A program made the translations under genes and the position numbers. Below are positions 12,961 through 27,200 of a stretch of DNA of 64,000 nucleotides, in pieces (within the stretch, counting starts at the first letter, position 1; each line of letters starts with the position of its first letter). Source of the DNA: Octopus sinensis (lineage: Eukaryota); assembly GCF_006345805.1 (NCBI RefSeq), contig NC_043017.1:8990001-9054000 (forward strand), written 5' to 3'. The notes under the pieces were generated by a model. The model made no database searches and was not told the origin of the DNA. It saw nothing but the letters and a program-made list of their open reading frames with translations.

Positions 12961-13181
12961 CCCTTTAGTGTTCGCATTATTCTGCCAAAACTAATAATTT
13001 TTTATCCACATTGTTTTGAACTAATCACGCATTATCTTGTAGCTATGAAATTTTGATGAGGTAGCTGTTAATTTTTAAAACGAGATTGGGGGGTTGGTGT
13101 GAGAGACCAGATCTGACCAGTTTGAACATAGAATATGTGGAATACTTTTGGCCGGATATGGCTGGTTTGAATGCTAAAGGG
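12961..13181. mobile_element. TTAA-flanked MITE (piggyBac-type ends)
   Basis: ttaa|ccctttag...ctaaaggg|ttaa. Neighbouring copies at about 12600-12845 and 13190-13391; others near 21600, 28000, 50915 and 57361. Confidence 0.75.
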
Positions 13182-13517
13182 TTAAACCACATACATCTGG
13201 CCCAAATATTCTATTTGTTTCATGTTCAACCTGGCCAGATCCAGCCTCTCACACCTACCCTACACTGTCATTTTAAAAATACACAGTCATATCCTGGAAA
13301 TCTTAAAGTAATGCAAGATAATGCAGGGTCAGTTGGGAATAAGGTGAATAAATAAGCACAAATTTAATGGAGTAATTTGAGTGCTAAAGGGTTAAGTGTT
13401 TAATGCTGTCTGGTTCTCTACTGTTTCGACCAGCTCTGGGTTAAAAGTAACTTGGGTGTTGGGATGGTCCATCTGCTGGGGTGGTTGACATCCCCATCAG
13501 CCACCACCATCGTCACC

Positions 13518-13552
<35 letters not shown>

Positions 13553-14723
13553 CTGGTCTTTGTTTACGACATGTGCAACATGAGCTGCTTTGTCAGTAAA
13601 CGTCATTTGAAACCTGAGTCTGTAAATTGAGGATAGGGAGCTACTTTTGTATGACCCTTGTGCAGACAGGAGGAATGGAACCCCATCCCTGCTCCCCAAA
13701 ACTAAACGAAATAAAATAATTTTTTTTCTTTAAATCAGACCCCGCCCTAATAAATCCTGACCCCATCTCAACCTGTGTAAAGGAAATGAGGGGAATTGAA
13801 AACTAAAAAGAAGAAATGGAGACAGAGAGAGTAAAATGTCACCCGTTTTGCCCTTTAGCAAAGTTCATTACATAGGGTTTAAGGTGAAGGGTTTTTAGTC
13901 TGTGATGAGGGATTAAATTCATTGACTGGGTGGAAGGGTATTTGGAGGGTAGTCAAGAAATTTGTGTAAGCTGAGAAAGGTAGCTGAGAAATTTAGCTAA
14001 CCATCCCCTGGGAAAATGAGCAAAAACAAAAAAGGGCCCCCTCTCCCCTCACTGTTTGGTTGTGTCATGGTAGATTGTGTAGGTGGTATTCCTGCTCTCA
14101 GGCTCCTCTTTTGTAACCCTTAGGGGGCTTATCAGGCGGTAGGGGATGGAAGAAGGAGAATGAAAGTGGGACCCTTTTGAAAATTTTAGATTTTGTTCTC
14201 GTGTGTTTTGGAAGCGCTTGTGTTAGCCCTTAAAATAGTCTGCTGCAATTTTAAAGTGTGAGGGCCAAAATAGAATCCCCTCATTGTCTCTCGGAGCCAT
14301 GAGTTATAAAAAGAATTAGACAGTTATTAAGAAGCTCATTTTGCAACCATGTAGTTTTAGGTTCAGTCCCACCACGTGGCACCTTAGTCTAGTGTCTTCT
14401 TCTATAGTCCCCGACCTACCAATTCCTTGAGAGTGAATTTGGTAGACATTGGAAACTGTGCAGAAGCTTGTCATGTGTGTGTGTATATATATGTACGAAT
14501 GCATGTATGTGTGTTCTCCACCACCACTTGACAACTGGTGTGGGTTTACATTCTCGTTGTGGCTGTGTGGTAAGAAGCTTCCTTCTCAACCACATGGTCC
14601 AGGGTTCAGTCCCACTGCATGGCACCTTGGGCAGTTGTCTTCTGCTATAGTCTCGGACCGACCAAAGCCTTGTGAGTGGATTTGGCAGACAGAAACTGAA
14701 AGAAGCCCTTATATATATATATA

Positions 14724-15160
14724 TCATCATCATCGTCGTTGTCATTTAATGTCCGTTTTCCATGCTGGCATGGGATGGATGGTTTGACTGAGGACTGGTG
14801 AGCCAGAAGGCTGTACCAGGCTCCAATCTGATCTGGCAAAGTTTCTACAGCTGGATGCCCTTCCTAATGCGAACCACTCCGAGAGTGTAGTGGGTGCTTT
14901 TACGTGCCACCGGCACGAGGGCCAGTCAGGCAGTTGTGGCAATGACCACACACAAAAGGTGTTTTTATGTGCTACCTGCATGAGAGCCAGTCCAGCCGCA
15001 CTGGCAATGATCACACTCGAATGGTGCTTTTTACGTGTCACCAGCATGGGAGCCAATTCGTAGCCATGGCAACGATCACGCTTAGATGTTCTTTTAACGT
15101 TCCACTGGCATGAGTGCCAATCAAGCAGTACTGTCATCCGCCACGTCAGTGATATTGATT
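14724..15160 (-). mobile_element. RTE-type LINE 3'UTR and tail
   Basis: Reverse complement of the ggttggcattaggaagggcatccagctgtagaaa...ccatgctagcatggaaa...gatgatgat tail. Confidence 0.8.
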
Positions 15161-15207
15161 TGATTTCACTTGCCTCAATAGGTCTTTGCAAGCAATGAAT
15201 GAGGGGT

Positions 15208-15512
15208 AAAAAGCACCATCCGATCGTGGCCATTGCCAGCCTAGCCTGGCCCCCGTGCCGGTGGCACGTAAAAATCACCATCCGTCCGTGGCCGTTTGCC
15301 AGCCCTGTCTGGCACCTGTGCCGGTGGCACGTAAAAAGCACCCACTACACTCATGGAATGGTTGGCATTAGGAAGGGCATCCAGCCGTAGAAACACTGCC
15401 AAATCAGACTGGGCCTGGTGCAGCCTTCTTGCTTCCCAGACCCCAGTTAAACCGTCCAACCCATGCTAGCATGGAAAGCGGACGCTAAACGATGATGATG
15501 ATGATGATGATG
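15208..15512 (+). mobile_element. RTE-type LINE 3'UTR and tail
   Basis: Tandem tggcacgtaaaaa(g/t)cacc units followed by the family tail ending (gat)n. Other tails lie near 6836-7000, 16820-16980, 26860-27170, 32110-32420, 39950-40215 and 52867-53095. Confidence 0.8.
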
Positions 15513-17974
15513 ATATATGTGTGTGTGTCTTTGTGTCTATGTTTATCCCCCACCACCACTTGACAACAGGTGTTCATGTGTTTACATCCCTGTAACTTAG
15601 AAGTTCAGCAGAAGAGACTGATAGAATAAGTACCAGGATTAAAAAATAAGGGCGGTGCTGTAGTATGGTCACCATCCAAAGACTAAAGCATTTCAAGTAA
15701 ATGATAAGGGGTGAATCAGGAGTGTGTGTGTGGTAAGAAGCTTGCTTCCCAACCACATGGTTCCAGGTTCAGTCCCACTGTGTGGCACTTTGGGCAAGTG
15801 TCTTCTGCTATAGCCCCGGGCCAACCAAAGCCTTGCGAGTGGATTTGGTAGACTGAAACTGAAAGAATCCCGTCATATATATGGATGTATATGTGTCTGT
15901 GTTTGTCCCCCCCACCCCACCCTATCACTTGACAACCGATGTTGATGTGTTTACATCCCCGTAACTTATCAGTTCAGCAAAAGAGACCGTTAGAATAAGT
16001 ACTAAGGCTTACAATGAATGAATCCTGCATTCGACTTGTTTGACTAAAGGCAGTGCTCCAGTATGTCCGCAGTCAAATGACTGAAACAAGTAACAGATTA
16101 AGAAAATGAGATTTAAAAAAAAAAACCCTTGGCACACTCATCTGTTGCACAGTGCTCCCGCTATTACCACCAGTATCTTCATCATCATCACCATCATTAT
16201 CACGGAAGGGGTGGGGCTTGGAAGAGAGAGAGCGGGGAGGGAGAAGGAAAATGGGTAACAACTGGGGGTAGAAGCATAGGAAAGATATTTGGTGTAATGA
16301 ATGGTGTGGTTGTCACGGTGATAACCTGACACTTAGCAGCTTGTGCCATTTGACTTGGCCACAGGGTGTATAGAATTGCAAGAGCGGAAGTGTAATGGTG
16401 GGGGGGAGCCTGGGAAGGTGTCATCATCGTCATGGTTGCCATCCTAGTTGTGGTGGTGTGTGAGCCTAATAAGTGTATGGTGACATTTGTGTTGTGATTG
16501 ACAGGAAAATTACTCTCCATGTAATTAATTGGTGACTACCATCGTTAACTATTGTCAGAGAACTAGAGAACTGGTGCAGCAAGCAGTTTTGTTCACCAAC
16601 ACCACGACCATCGTGTGATCAGCAATGATGTCATCAAATGTTCACACAATCACAGAATGTTGTTGTTGTTTAGCTCCAGGTCAACCCTGATTGAGCAGAA
16701 CGATGAACAAAAGCATTCCTGCTGAGGCAATTCTTATTTTCTTCAGGCGATGTGCATCCATAGAAAATCTGCCTCAGTAAACTGCAAGCGTAGAAAAGTG
16801 GACATTAAAATGATGAGGGTAATAATGGAGTGGTTGGCGTTAGGAAGGGCATCCAGCTGTAGAAACACTGCCAGATCTGACTGGGCCTGATGAAGCCTTC
16901 TGGCTTCTCAGACCCCAGTTGAACCGTCCAACCCATGCTAGCATGGAAAACGGACGCTAAACGATGATGATGATGATGATTCTGAGTAGGGCCCCATGTC
17001 GAATATCGTTAACCTAAGCCAGCTGAGACTAAGACATGTGTTAAGACAGGTAGAAGTGTATTTCATTGTCTTGCAGTGTATTGTAACCATCAAGGGGCTG
17101 TTGGTGTCTTGCATCTGCGCGATTGGATGCGTGGCTGAGGGCTAATGCAAATAGTTTAGCAAGCACCTTATTCACACGTAATTCACTTTCAGCTGACTGA
17201 ACTGGATTGTTGTGAAATAAAGTGCCTTGCCCAAGGATACAATGTACAGACTGCTTCGAGAACTGAACCTACACTCTTATGATCATGTGTCGAACAGCTT
17301 TACCACTGAGCCATATTTTTTCTCTGATGTATTTTTCCATACGTTGAGCCCTTTGCTCCCTCTGGAATCTACACAATCAACTTTTCTTCACTGTTCTTGA
17401 CTCTGAGCTCTCTTTTCTGCCTCCCTCCCGTTGGATACCTGCTTCTTGCAGTTTCCTTTTCGATTTGGGTGCAACACACATCTTTCCCTGACAGAAGGCC
17501 TTATTCTCCTCAGTCTTGTTAGCTTTGAGTTACCATTGGTGCTTCTGAAAATTTGCTTTCTTTCTAGGTAGGGGTAATTGGCTCTATGTAGGGCCCATTT
17601 TTACCTCTGGAAAGAAGTGGTCCATATTTTTCTGGCCTTTATCCTTTGACCTGTCCAGCATGGGAGACCCATCTGGGCGCTTACACTTCACTGGTATAGC
17701 TCTAAGGCATGGCTCAGTGGTGAGGGTGTTGGCCTCATTTTTATAAGATTGTGGTTTCGATTCTTGAACCAGGTGACACATTGTTCTCTTGAGCAATCCA
17801 CTTCATTTCACATTACTCCAGTCCACTCAGCTAGCAAAAATGAGGAATCCTGTGATGGACTAGCATCCCATCCAGGTGGGGAATATATACACCATGAAAC
17901 TAGGTAACTGGTCCTTATGCGTAGGTATGGCTTGAGAAGGTAACTTTACCTTTTTTTTTACGTTACCTTTAAGG

Positions 17975-18228
17975 CAGTTGTTCTCAATCATTTTTTGCCT
18001 TTGAACTCCTTTGGTCCCTATTTTGCTCCACTGGGCCCTCATAACCACTCAATGTTTAAAAAGTCCTAATTGTATTTTCGTAATTAAATATTAAAAGAAA
18101 TTGTATAAAAAAACTGTTCAAATATTTTGTGTATTGTAGAATATAACCAATTAAATGCACATGAATTTTAGCAGTAAAATTTTATATTGACCCCTAAGGT
18201 CCATATGAACCTGGGTTGAGAACCAGTG
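17975..18228. mobile_element. hAT-type MITE with 8-bp TSD
   Basis: Ends cagttgttctcaatc and ggttgagaaccagtg. Flanks ctttaagg (17967-74) and ctctaagg (18229-36) match at 7 of 8 positions. Confidence 0.8.
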
Positions 18229-18829
18229 CTCTAAGGGTTGTTGAAGCATACAAGCTACCACACCATTACAAGGACTGGGCGTTGTAGTGAGTGGTGTACC
18301 TCAGACTACATTATTCAATGAATCTTTCCTTCTTTATGGATAACATGGTGTATAATTTGAGGGACATTTAGTTGTAGGTTAAGGGACCACATAGAAAGTC
18401 CTGTTTATTATTGCTAGTGGTGGTTAATTTATCACGACTGTTGTTTTTAACCATTGGTTAACTTTCACCGAGCAGACCTATGATTAAAATGTACCAGAGG
18501 CTCCCATGGGCTTCCCCTCACCCACCCACCACCCATGTTGCTCCTGTATGGGCATGAGTTTTGTGCATCTGTATATCTCTAAATGATATGTATATGTTTA
18601 CATTGGCATGTGTATGTTAGTATTGTTACCAGCGTTCACTGTGTGTGTGTGTGTGTGTGTGTGATGAAAGGTTTCTTTAACATGTATTGTGGCTGTTGTT
18701 GTTATCGTTGTATGTTTATGTGTTGTTACTATTTTGGTTATTGTAATGGTTACCGATATGTTTGTTTATGCATCTGTTTGCGTGTATACATACATACATA
18801 CATATATATATATATACATACATATATAT

Positions 18830-18880
<51 letters not shown>

Positions 18881-18910
18881 ACATACATAATATATATATA
18901 CACATACATT

Positions 18911-18942
<32 letters not shown>

Positions 18943-20407
18943 TATATATATTATATATACACACACACACCACACACATATATATATATATATATACACA
19001 CACTCAAAACTATTTCTATTTCAGTCACTGAGTTATGTCTGTCCATCCACCCACAGACCCAATTAAGGGTGGCTAGGCATGCATAGGTAGGTAGACATAG
19101 GGTGTATGCGTCTTGTTCTCCTCCAGCTTCTAAACTTTCATTCATACTGCCCACGCTGTGATTCATTCAGACACCAGATAACTGCACCAATTCACCCTCC
19201 CCCATCTAATCCCCCACCATCTTGTTGCTGCTGTCTATCTACCCTGATACATATCTAATCAGCTGCACGTATGCACACATGCATGCAAACACGCACACAC
19301 TCACCTGCTCTCTCTCTCTCATCATATTTTGATGACTTTGATTTCCTGTGTTTGTTTGTTTTCCATCATTATAAACATCCCTGTCATCAATACCACTGCC
19401 ATGATCATTATCAAAACCCTCCTCCTCCTCATCATCATCATTATCATCAATGGTATTATTGTCACCACACTGCTAACAGCACATTATCGGCTTTATCATC
19501 ATCATCATAACCATCGTTCTGGCTGTTTCCAACACCATACAGCAAGAACGAGACTGACCTGTTGGCGGTTAATTGCTGTAGATTTGGCTGCTGTGTCTAG
19601 CAGATGGAGTGACCTTGTAGAGCAGTGTTCCCCCAGTCTTTTTTCTCCCACACCCCCACTTTGATCCCTACCAAAACCATATGTATGGCTCCACCATGAA
19701 TGGGCAAGGTGCATGGCCTACTGGTTAGGATGTTGCACTCGTGATCGCTAGATTGCCGGTTAGATTCCCAGACTGAGCAGCACATTGTGTTCTTGAACAA
19801 AATGGTACTTATTTTATCGACCCCCAAAAGGATGAAAGACAAAGACGACCGTGGCAGAATTTGAACTTCGAACATAAAGATGAATGAAATGCTTCTAAGC
19901 ATTTTGCTTGGTGTACTATTGAGTCTGCCAAGTCACCACCTTAATAATAATAATAATAATAATGATGATGATGATTTCAAATTTTGGCACAAAACCCCAG
20001 CAGTATCAGGGGAGTGGGTAAGTCAATTGCATTGACCCCCCCCACTCCCCAGTGTTAAACTAGCACTTATTTTATTGATCCCCCAAAAAGATGAAAAGCA
20101 AAGTCGACCTCAGCGGAATTTGAACTCAGAACATGAAGACATTTTGCCTGGCATGCTAATGATTCTGCCAGCTCACCATCTTCCACATTGACTACTTATT
20201 GACACTCGAGCTCTGGAGTAACTTGCACCTCACCAAAACATCACTGTGCCCCTCCACTTCAGAAGCAATGGGGTTGAGGGTCTTTTGTTGGCTTGTAAGG
20301 TCTTCTCATACCTGTCTTCTATTTAAAGGGTGAATATGAATGTCACCAGGTGTATAGTGGTGTAATTAATTACACAGTTCTGCTACAATATCCGTGGTCT
20401 TTTTTAA

Positions 20408-20609
20408 CCCTTTCGTCACCAACCCACCCTCCACTTCTTTGATGACTCAAACTTCCTGCTTTTAAGTGGTCTCAATTAAAACCCACCTTCAAAATTTTAC
20501 GTCTGTTTATGTTCCAAATACCAGATTAATAATAACAATGTTGTTTTATTAAATTATCCATTGTTTTCAAAATTAGCATCATCAAAGTCGGTGTAATTCC
20601 ACAGAAGGG
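20408..20609. mobile_element. Second TTAA-flanked MITE family
   Basis: ttaa|ccctttcg...gaaggg|ttaa. Fragments with related ends lie near 39260-39440, 47520-47590, 58320-58420 and 62280-62410. Confidence 0.65.
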
Positions 20610-21304
20610 TTAACGGGTTAACGTTGAGGAAATTGGGTTTCTTGTAATGTGTTTACACAGTAAGTACCAGTATCTGTGGTCTGTTCAGGGTTAACATACA
20701 GACAACAGGATGTGTGTGTGTGTGTACTCATGTACACAAACAAACGCAGGCTTGGCTGTTTGGTTAAGAAGCTTGCTTCTCGATCATGTGGTCTTGGGTT
20801 CAAACTGACAGTGCAGCACCTACAAGTGGTTTCTACTATGGCCCCGGGCCAACCAGATCCTTGTGAGTTTTGTAGATGGAAACTGAAAGAAACTCATCAT
20901 ATATACAATATATATCTTTTACCTGTTACTTGTTTCAATGACTAGACTGTGGCCATGCTGGGGCACCTCCTTGAATTTTTTTAGTTGACTGAATTGACCC
21001 CAATACTTCTTTTATTATTTTTTTTTGTTAAGAAGTGGCACTTATTCTGTTGGTCGCTTTTGCTGAACTACTAAGTTACGGGGACACAAACACACCAACA
21101 CCGTTTGTCAAGTGATGATAGACACAAAACACAGACATACATATATATGCCCCATGGGTTTCTTTCAGTTTCCGTTTACCAAATCCACTTACAGGTCTTT
21201 GGTCAGCCCAAGGCTATAGTAGAAGACACTTGCCCTAGGTGCCATGCAGTGGGACTGAACTTGGAATCATGTGGTTGGGATTCAAATTTCTTACCACACA
21301 GCCA

Positions 21305-21590
21305 ATGCAGGTGGGACGTGAAATGCACCTTTGGAGTGATGGGCTTCATGGAGGAAATGATGAATGACCGAAACCTTTGGCATTATGTCTTGCTTGAGAA
21401 GACGACCCATCAAGCCAAATGAAATTGCAGTCATGGCAGATACTGGTGCCACACAAATGGCACCTGTGCTGGTGGCATGTAAAAGCACCCATTACACTCT
21501 TGGAGTGGTTGGCATTAGGAAGGGCATCGAGCTGTAGAAAACAGACTGGAGTCAGGTGCAGCCTTCCAGCTTGCCAGTCCTGGTCAAACT
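21305..21590 (+). mobile_element. RTE-type LINE 3' end
   Basis: Translates WDVKCTFGVMGFMEEMMNDRNLWHYVLLEKT, followed by the family 3'UTR. Confidence 0.7.
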
Positions 21591-22328
21591 GTCATCATTA
21601 ACCCTTTAGCATTCAGATTATTCTGTCAAATATAATGTTTATTTATTCACATTGTTTGGAATTAATCATGCATTATCTCATGTCTTTGAAATTTTGATGG
21701 GATCACTCATTTTTAGTGTGACATTGTAGGGTGTGCATGTGAGGCCATATCTGGCTAGTTTGAACATAAAACCCGGGATGTCATTTGAACCGGATATGGT
21801 TGGTTTACATGTTAAAGCGATAAGGAAAAGGACAGGCTTATTGTCCAGAGATAAGAGGACAGTTGTGCACATGCGTTTCTGGTTGAGCAGCTTTCACCAG
21901 GAGGACAATTGTCTGGCCTTGTCTTCAGTAGCCAAAGGACTTAGGTTTATACAAAGCAAAGTAGAACACATGGCCTAGGTAATCAGTCATATCTAAACAA
22001 AGAATGTGGATAGTGGTATATATTTGAATAATAGAGAGAAATTCAGGTTGTGTGGTATTTGACATATGTGTTTATCTGTCCATCTCCCTATCTGCAACCA
22101 CTTCGACACCTGACACGTGGCACACTATGCACCTGTTCAGACAACATTGATTTGATGGAGAGATACTGTGCTTAATGTACAGCACATACATTTGGTCACT
22201 ATAAACAAATCATTTGTGCAGGTCATTTGGCAAAACATTGCAAAACCATCTTTCTCAACTTACAAGAGACTACCACCATATATATATATATAGTCACCCT
22301 TATTATTATTATTATATACATACATATA

Positions 22329-22387
<59 letters not shown>

Positions 22388-22389
<2 letters not shown>

Positions 22390-22588
22390 TCAGGACACCA
22401 TGATAGATCGTTAGCTCCTACATGCATTTTTTTCTCCTTGTTTTTTTCTGTTTATCTTTCTATCAAAGAGCGTAGGCTCGAAACGTAAAAGACTTTTTCT
22501 ATTTCTATTCCTGAGCGCTACACTAATACATTTGTTTGTTTGTACTCTACCTGCCTTCATCTTTTGTTTATTTTCGTAAACTTTCCCC
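22388..22588 (+). mobile_element. Penelope-type non-autonomous element in a (TA)n tract with hammerhead-like motif, copy 2
   Basis: Paralogue of 6080-6276. Motif tcttt-ctatcaaa-gagc-gtag-gctc-gaaacgta-aaaga at 22455-22492. Confidence 0.6.
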
Positions 22589-22631
<43 letters not shown>

Positions 22632-23747
22632 ATAAATGATAAATAGGTTGATGAAATTTTTAACAATAAAAAAATTTTAATATCATGACAAATTGTTTTG
22701 TAACTTTAAAGCATGAAAATAATTTATATTATTTGATAGTAGATAAATTACTTACATGCCTGCATTAATGTGAAATGCAATTAACCCTTCAAAATAATGC
22801 ACTCCATTGGTTACGGCGAAGAGGGTTCTTATCGATCTGATCAAAGGAACAACCTGCTCATGAAATTAACTTGGAAGTAGCCAAGTACTTACTTGACAGA
22901 AAGACGTACCCTTAATGTAGTTGTGAGGGAGATCCTGCATGACATAGAATGTGACAAGGCTAGTCCTTTAAAACACAGGTACGACTCCTTTTTGCCAGCC
23001 GAGTGGACTGGAGCAACGAGAAAAAAAAAAAAGTGTCTTGCTTAAGGACATTCAGCACTGCCAGCTATCAAACTCCCAACCTTACAATCTTGAACCGAAT
23101 ACCCTAACCGCTTAGCCATCCATATATGTAATTACCCTGTTCTACCAGTAACTGTGATCTGTACAAGGGTTCATATGTTAACAGCAGTGTTTATAGTTAT
23201 GTAATCACATGGTGCTGTCACAATATCTGTTGTATTGTCTATTTAATGGGTTAACACTGAAATAGACGCAATTTATGGTTGTATGATTGTGGTTGACAGC
23301 AGCTGTAGGCCTATGAAAGAGCTTGCTAACAAATTTGGTTTTATTATGATGTAACGCTGAGGGTATTGCGTTGACTATTATTAAACATTAATGCATAAAT
23401 GTCTGGACCCTGTCTGCTTTATGTTTTTGATTTATAGGTAGTCTTGTTCTTTTATTCCTTTGCTTGTTCCAGTCAGTAGACTGTGGCCATGCTGGAGCAC
23501 TGCCCTGAAGAATTTTTAGTCAAACGTACTGACCCCAGTACTTATTCTGTCTGGTTCTTTTGCCAAACTGCTAAATTATGGGGGCATAAACACACCAGCC
23601 AGTTCTAGCTGGCATCTGAAACTCAGAGTTTTATCATGGCTACCGAATAATTGTTACATATTATATTTACAGATAAATTCCTCCATTTACATAATATCGA
23701 GGTCTCTTTCATTCTTTTGTTGTTTTGCCATTTCTATCAATATATAT

Positions 23748-23778
23748 GTATGTATATATATATATATTATATATATAT

Positions 23779-23843
<65 letters not shown>

Positions 23844-23939
23844 AGATATATGTGTGTGTGTGTGTGTATATATATGGTGTGTGTGTGTGTAGATATATGT
23901 GTGTGTGTGTATATGTATGTATGTGTGTGTGTGTGTATA

Positions 23940-23977
<38 letters not shown>

Positions 23978-24282
23978 TGGTGTGTGTGTGTGTATATGTA
24001 TGTGTGTGTGTGTGTATATGTATGTGTGTGTGGTGTGTGTGTGTGTATATGTGTGTGTGTTGTGTGTATGTGTGTGTTGTGTATATGTATGTATATGTGT
24101 GTGTGTGTGTGTATGTATATGTGTGTGTGTATGTATGGTGTGTGTGTGTGTGTGTATGTATGTGTGTGTGTGTGTGTATGTATGTATATGTGTGTGTGTA
24201 TGTATGTATATGGTGTGTGTGTGTGTATATGTATGTATGTATATATGTATGTATGTGTGTGTGTGTGTGTATATATATATAT
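23748..24282. repeat. Compound (TA)n/(TG)n microsatellite, about 530 bp
   Basis: Direct inspection. Confidence 0.95.
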
Positions 24283-27200
24283 GACGGACTCCTTCAGTTT
24301 CCATCTACCAAATCCACTCACAAGGCTTTGGTCAGCCCGAGGCTATAGTAGAAGACACTTGCCCAAGGTGCCATGCAGTGGGACTGAACCTGGAGCCATG
24401 TGGTTGGGAAGCAAACTTCATGAATGACTAATTTAACAAGAACATAGACTGTGGTAGGCTAATTTTTTTTATTTAAATTGCTCATGTTAAGGAATAACAG
24501 CATGATTATCTTACAAGCTGGTTTTTGTGGACACAGCAAATGTGATTATTATTGTCATTATTATGAAACAATTTTTATTATTTAGTGGCACTGAGGCAGT
24601 AAGCTGGCAGAATCGTTAGCATGCTGGACAAAATGCTGAGAGACATTTCATGTATCTGAGTTCAAATTCCCCTCACATTGACTTCACTTTTTATCCTTTT
24701 GGGGTCAATAAAATAAATACCAGTTGAGCACTGGGGTTGATGTGACTGACTACTCCCTCCCCTGAAAATTTCAGACCTTGTGCTTATACTAGAAAGAATT
24801 ATTTATTGTCATTACTTCCAGCTCTTTACGTTCTGGGTTCAAATTCTGTCAGTGTTGACTTTGCCATTCGTCCTTTTGGGGTTGGTTAAACAAAAGGCCA
24901 GTCGAGCATGACCTTATCAACTAGCCCCTCTCCAAAAAGTTTCAGGCCTTGTGTCTGTAGTAGAAAGAATTATTATCTTTGTTAAAAAAGAATAATTCTT
25001 CTTGTAGAATGTAAAAATGGGATCTCCCTCATTGAATGGTAAGGTTGAATGTAGATGTCAGAAAATGGAATCTTCCATCTGCATGTTTGAAGATATTGAA
25101 TCCTATATTTATAGCAAAAGAGATTGCTGTCTGTTTTGGTGCTGTGTTTGTTGGATTGCACTTGCTTAAAAATGTTTGCTAATGCATCCACTGCAGCTTG
25201 GTGGTAGGGGCAGTGTTGTGGTGGTGGTGTGATGGTAGTAGAAGGGCGAGGTGATTCTGGTTGGTGGTGTGATGGTGCTTAGAAGGTTAGTTTTGGATGT
25301 AGTTTGTGTGGTGGTTTTGGTGGTAGTAGTGATTGTAAGCTGTGCTGGTGGTGATAGCAATGTTGGTAGGGGAAGTGGTTGTAGTAGTGTTAGTTGTAGA
25401 ATTGGTGGTGGTGATGATAGTGGAGGTGGTTGTAGCAGTGGTAGACAGACCCTTCAGATTGGCAGTTTTCCCTGTTTCTTGCTCATGTTCCATGTGGTGG
25501 AGGTGGCAGTGGTGTACATGTGCAAGTATATTTGCGTGCGTGCGTGTGTGTGTGTGTGGTGTATTGGTTGAAGTATGTTTAGATTTGAGTGTCAAATGCA
25601 TGTTGTGTGTATTTGTGTGTGGGTATAAGACTATTTTCTATACATGTGTGTTGACATGTATGTTTGTTTATACATACCACGTTGTGTATATTTGCAAGCT
25701 GTTGATATATATATGTACACATAACTATGTTCTTTATGTATGTTTATATATATATATATATATATATGTTATCTGTGCACACTCATATATTACTGCATGT
25801 ATGTATACACCACTATGTGAATGTGTGTGTATTTATATATTTATATATATATAATCCTGTTTGTATGTACACACACACACACATATTTATAATTATTTAA
25901 ACATCAATGTGTGTGCATATGTATATATTGTCAATGTATGTTTGTTTGTTTATATCCACCTTGTTACACTACTCTGTCTTGTTGGTCTTCATACGGATAG
26001 ATCACTCTGTCGTGCATATGTAACAAGTCTTGTTTAGTTATTCCGGTAACTTCTCTTCCCCACCCACCCACCCCTCTCACAAACATCCGTAAAAATAGAT
26101 CCGCAACTGCAAAGCTGCATCGTTGCCGTCACCATCATCATCACCGAACTCAGCATTGTTTGCCCCCCCCCTCCCACCATTATCATCATCTCTGTCCATT
26201 TTTATCCTTGCTGGCATTGATTAGGCATCTCTCATAAGCATCTCAACACATGTTAGTATTTCAGCAATTGCAGCAATGGAAGAAAGCAACCAACTTTCTT
26301 GTGTGTGTGTGTGTGTGTGATGTTTTAGGCCTGGTTGTTAAAAGCTAAAGGACCTTCCTATCACCAGCCACTGAACTGGGTGGATTTTATCATGCTACCC
26401 TAGGGAATAACTATATATCAAAATAGCTTAATGTGTGTCAAGGTACCTTGTTATAATATATGTCAGGGTGCTGTACAAATATGTTAAGGTACCTTACAAA
26501 TATATGTCGGTGTAATCTATCTCAGGGTACCTTATTGACATAGTTTCTTTTTCTTAATATATATTACACTCTGTGGAGTGGTTGGCATTAGGAAGGGCAT
26601 CAGACTGGAACCTGGTGTAGCGCTCCAGCTTACCAATTTCAGCCAGACCGTCCAACCCATACCAGCATGGAAAACAGACATTTAATGATGATGATATATA
26701 TTTGTATTTAATGAATGAAAGAAATCGAAAATGGAGTTCACGAGAACCTTATATCGTAACTGTGAATGAATGACATCAGGTTAGCCTAAACAGTGAACGT
26801 GATTTAATTGGCATACTACTAACCATATACCCAAAGTCCAAATAATTACACCCGTGCCGGTGACACGTCAAAATCACCATCTGAACGTGGCAGTTGTCAG
26901 CGCCGCCTGACTGGCGTCCATGTCGATGACACGTAAAAGCACCAACCGATCGTGGTCATTTGCCAGCCTCATCTGGCCCCTGTGTCAGTTGCACGTAAAA
27001 ATCACCCACTATACTCACGGGGTGGTTGGCGTTAGGAAGGGCATCCAGCTGTAGAAACACTGCCAGATCAGACTGGAAGCCTGGTGCAGCCTCCAGGATT
27101 CCCAGATGCCAGTCGAACCATCCAACACATGCTAGCATGGAAAACGGACGTTAAATGATGATGATGATGTGTGTGTGTGTGTTTGATGGGCTTCTTTCAG

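Noticed and set aside
26440-26545. Short degenerate repeats containing aaggtacctt
   Set aside because: Irregular units with no unique constant-length spacers; a simple minisatellite, not CRISPR-like.
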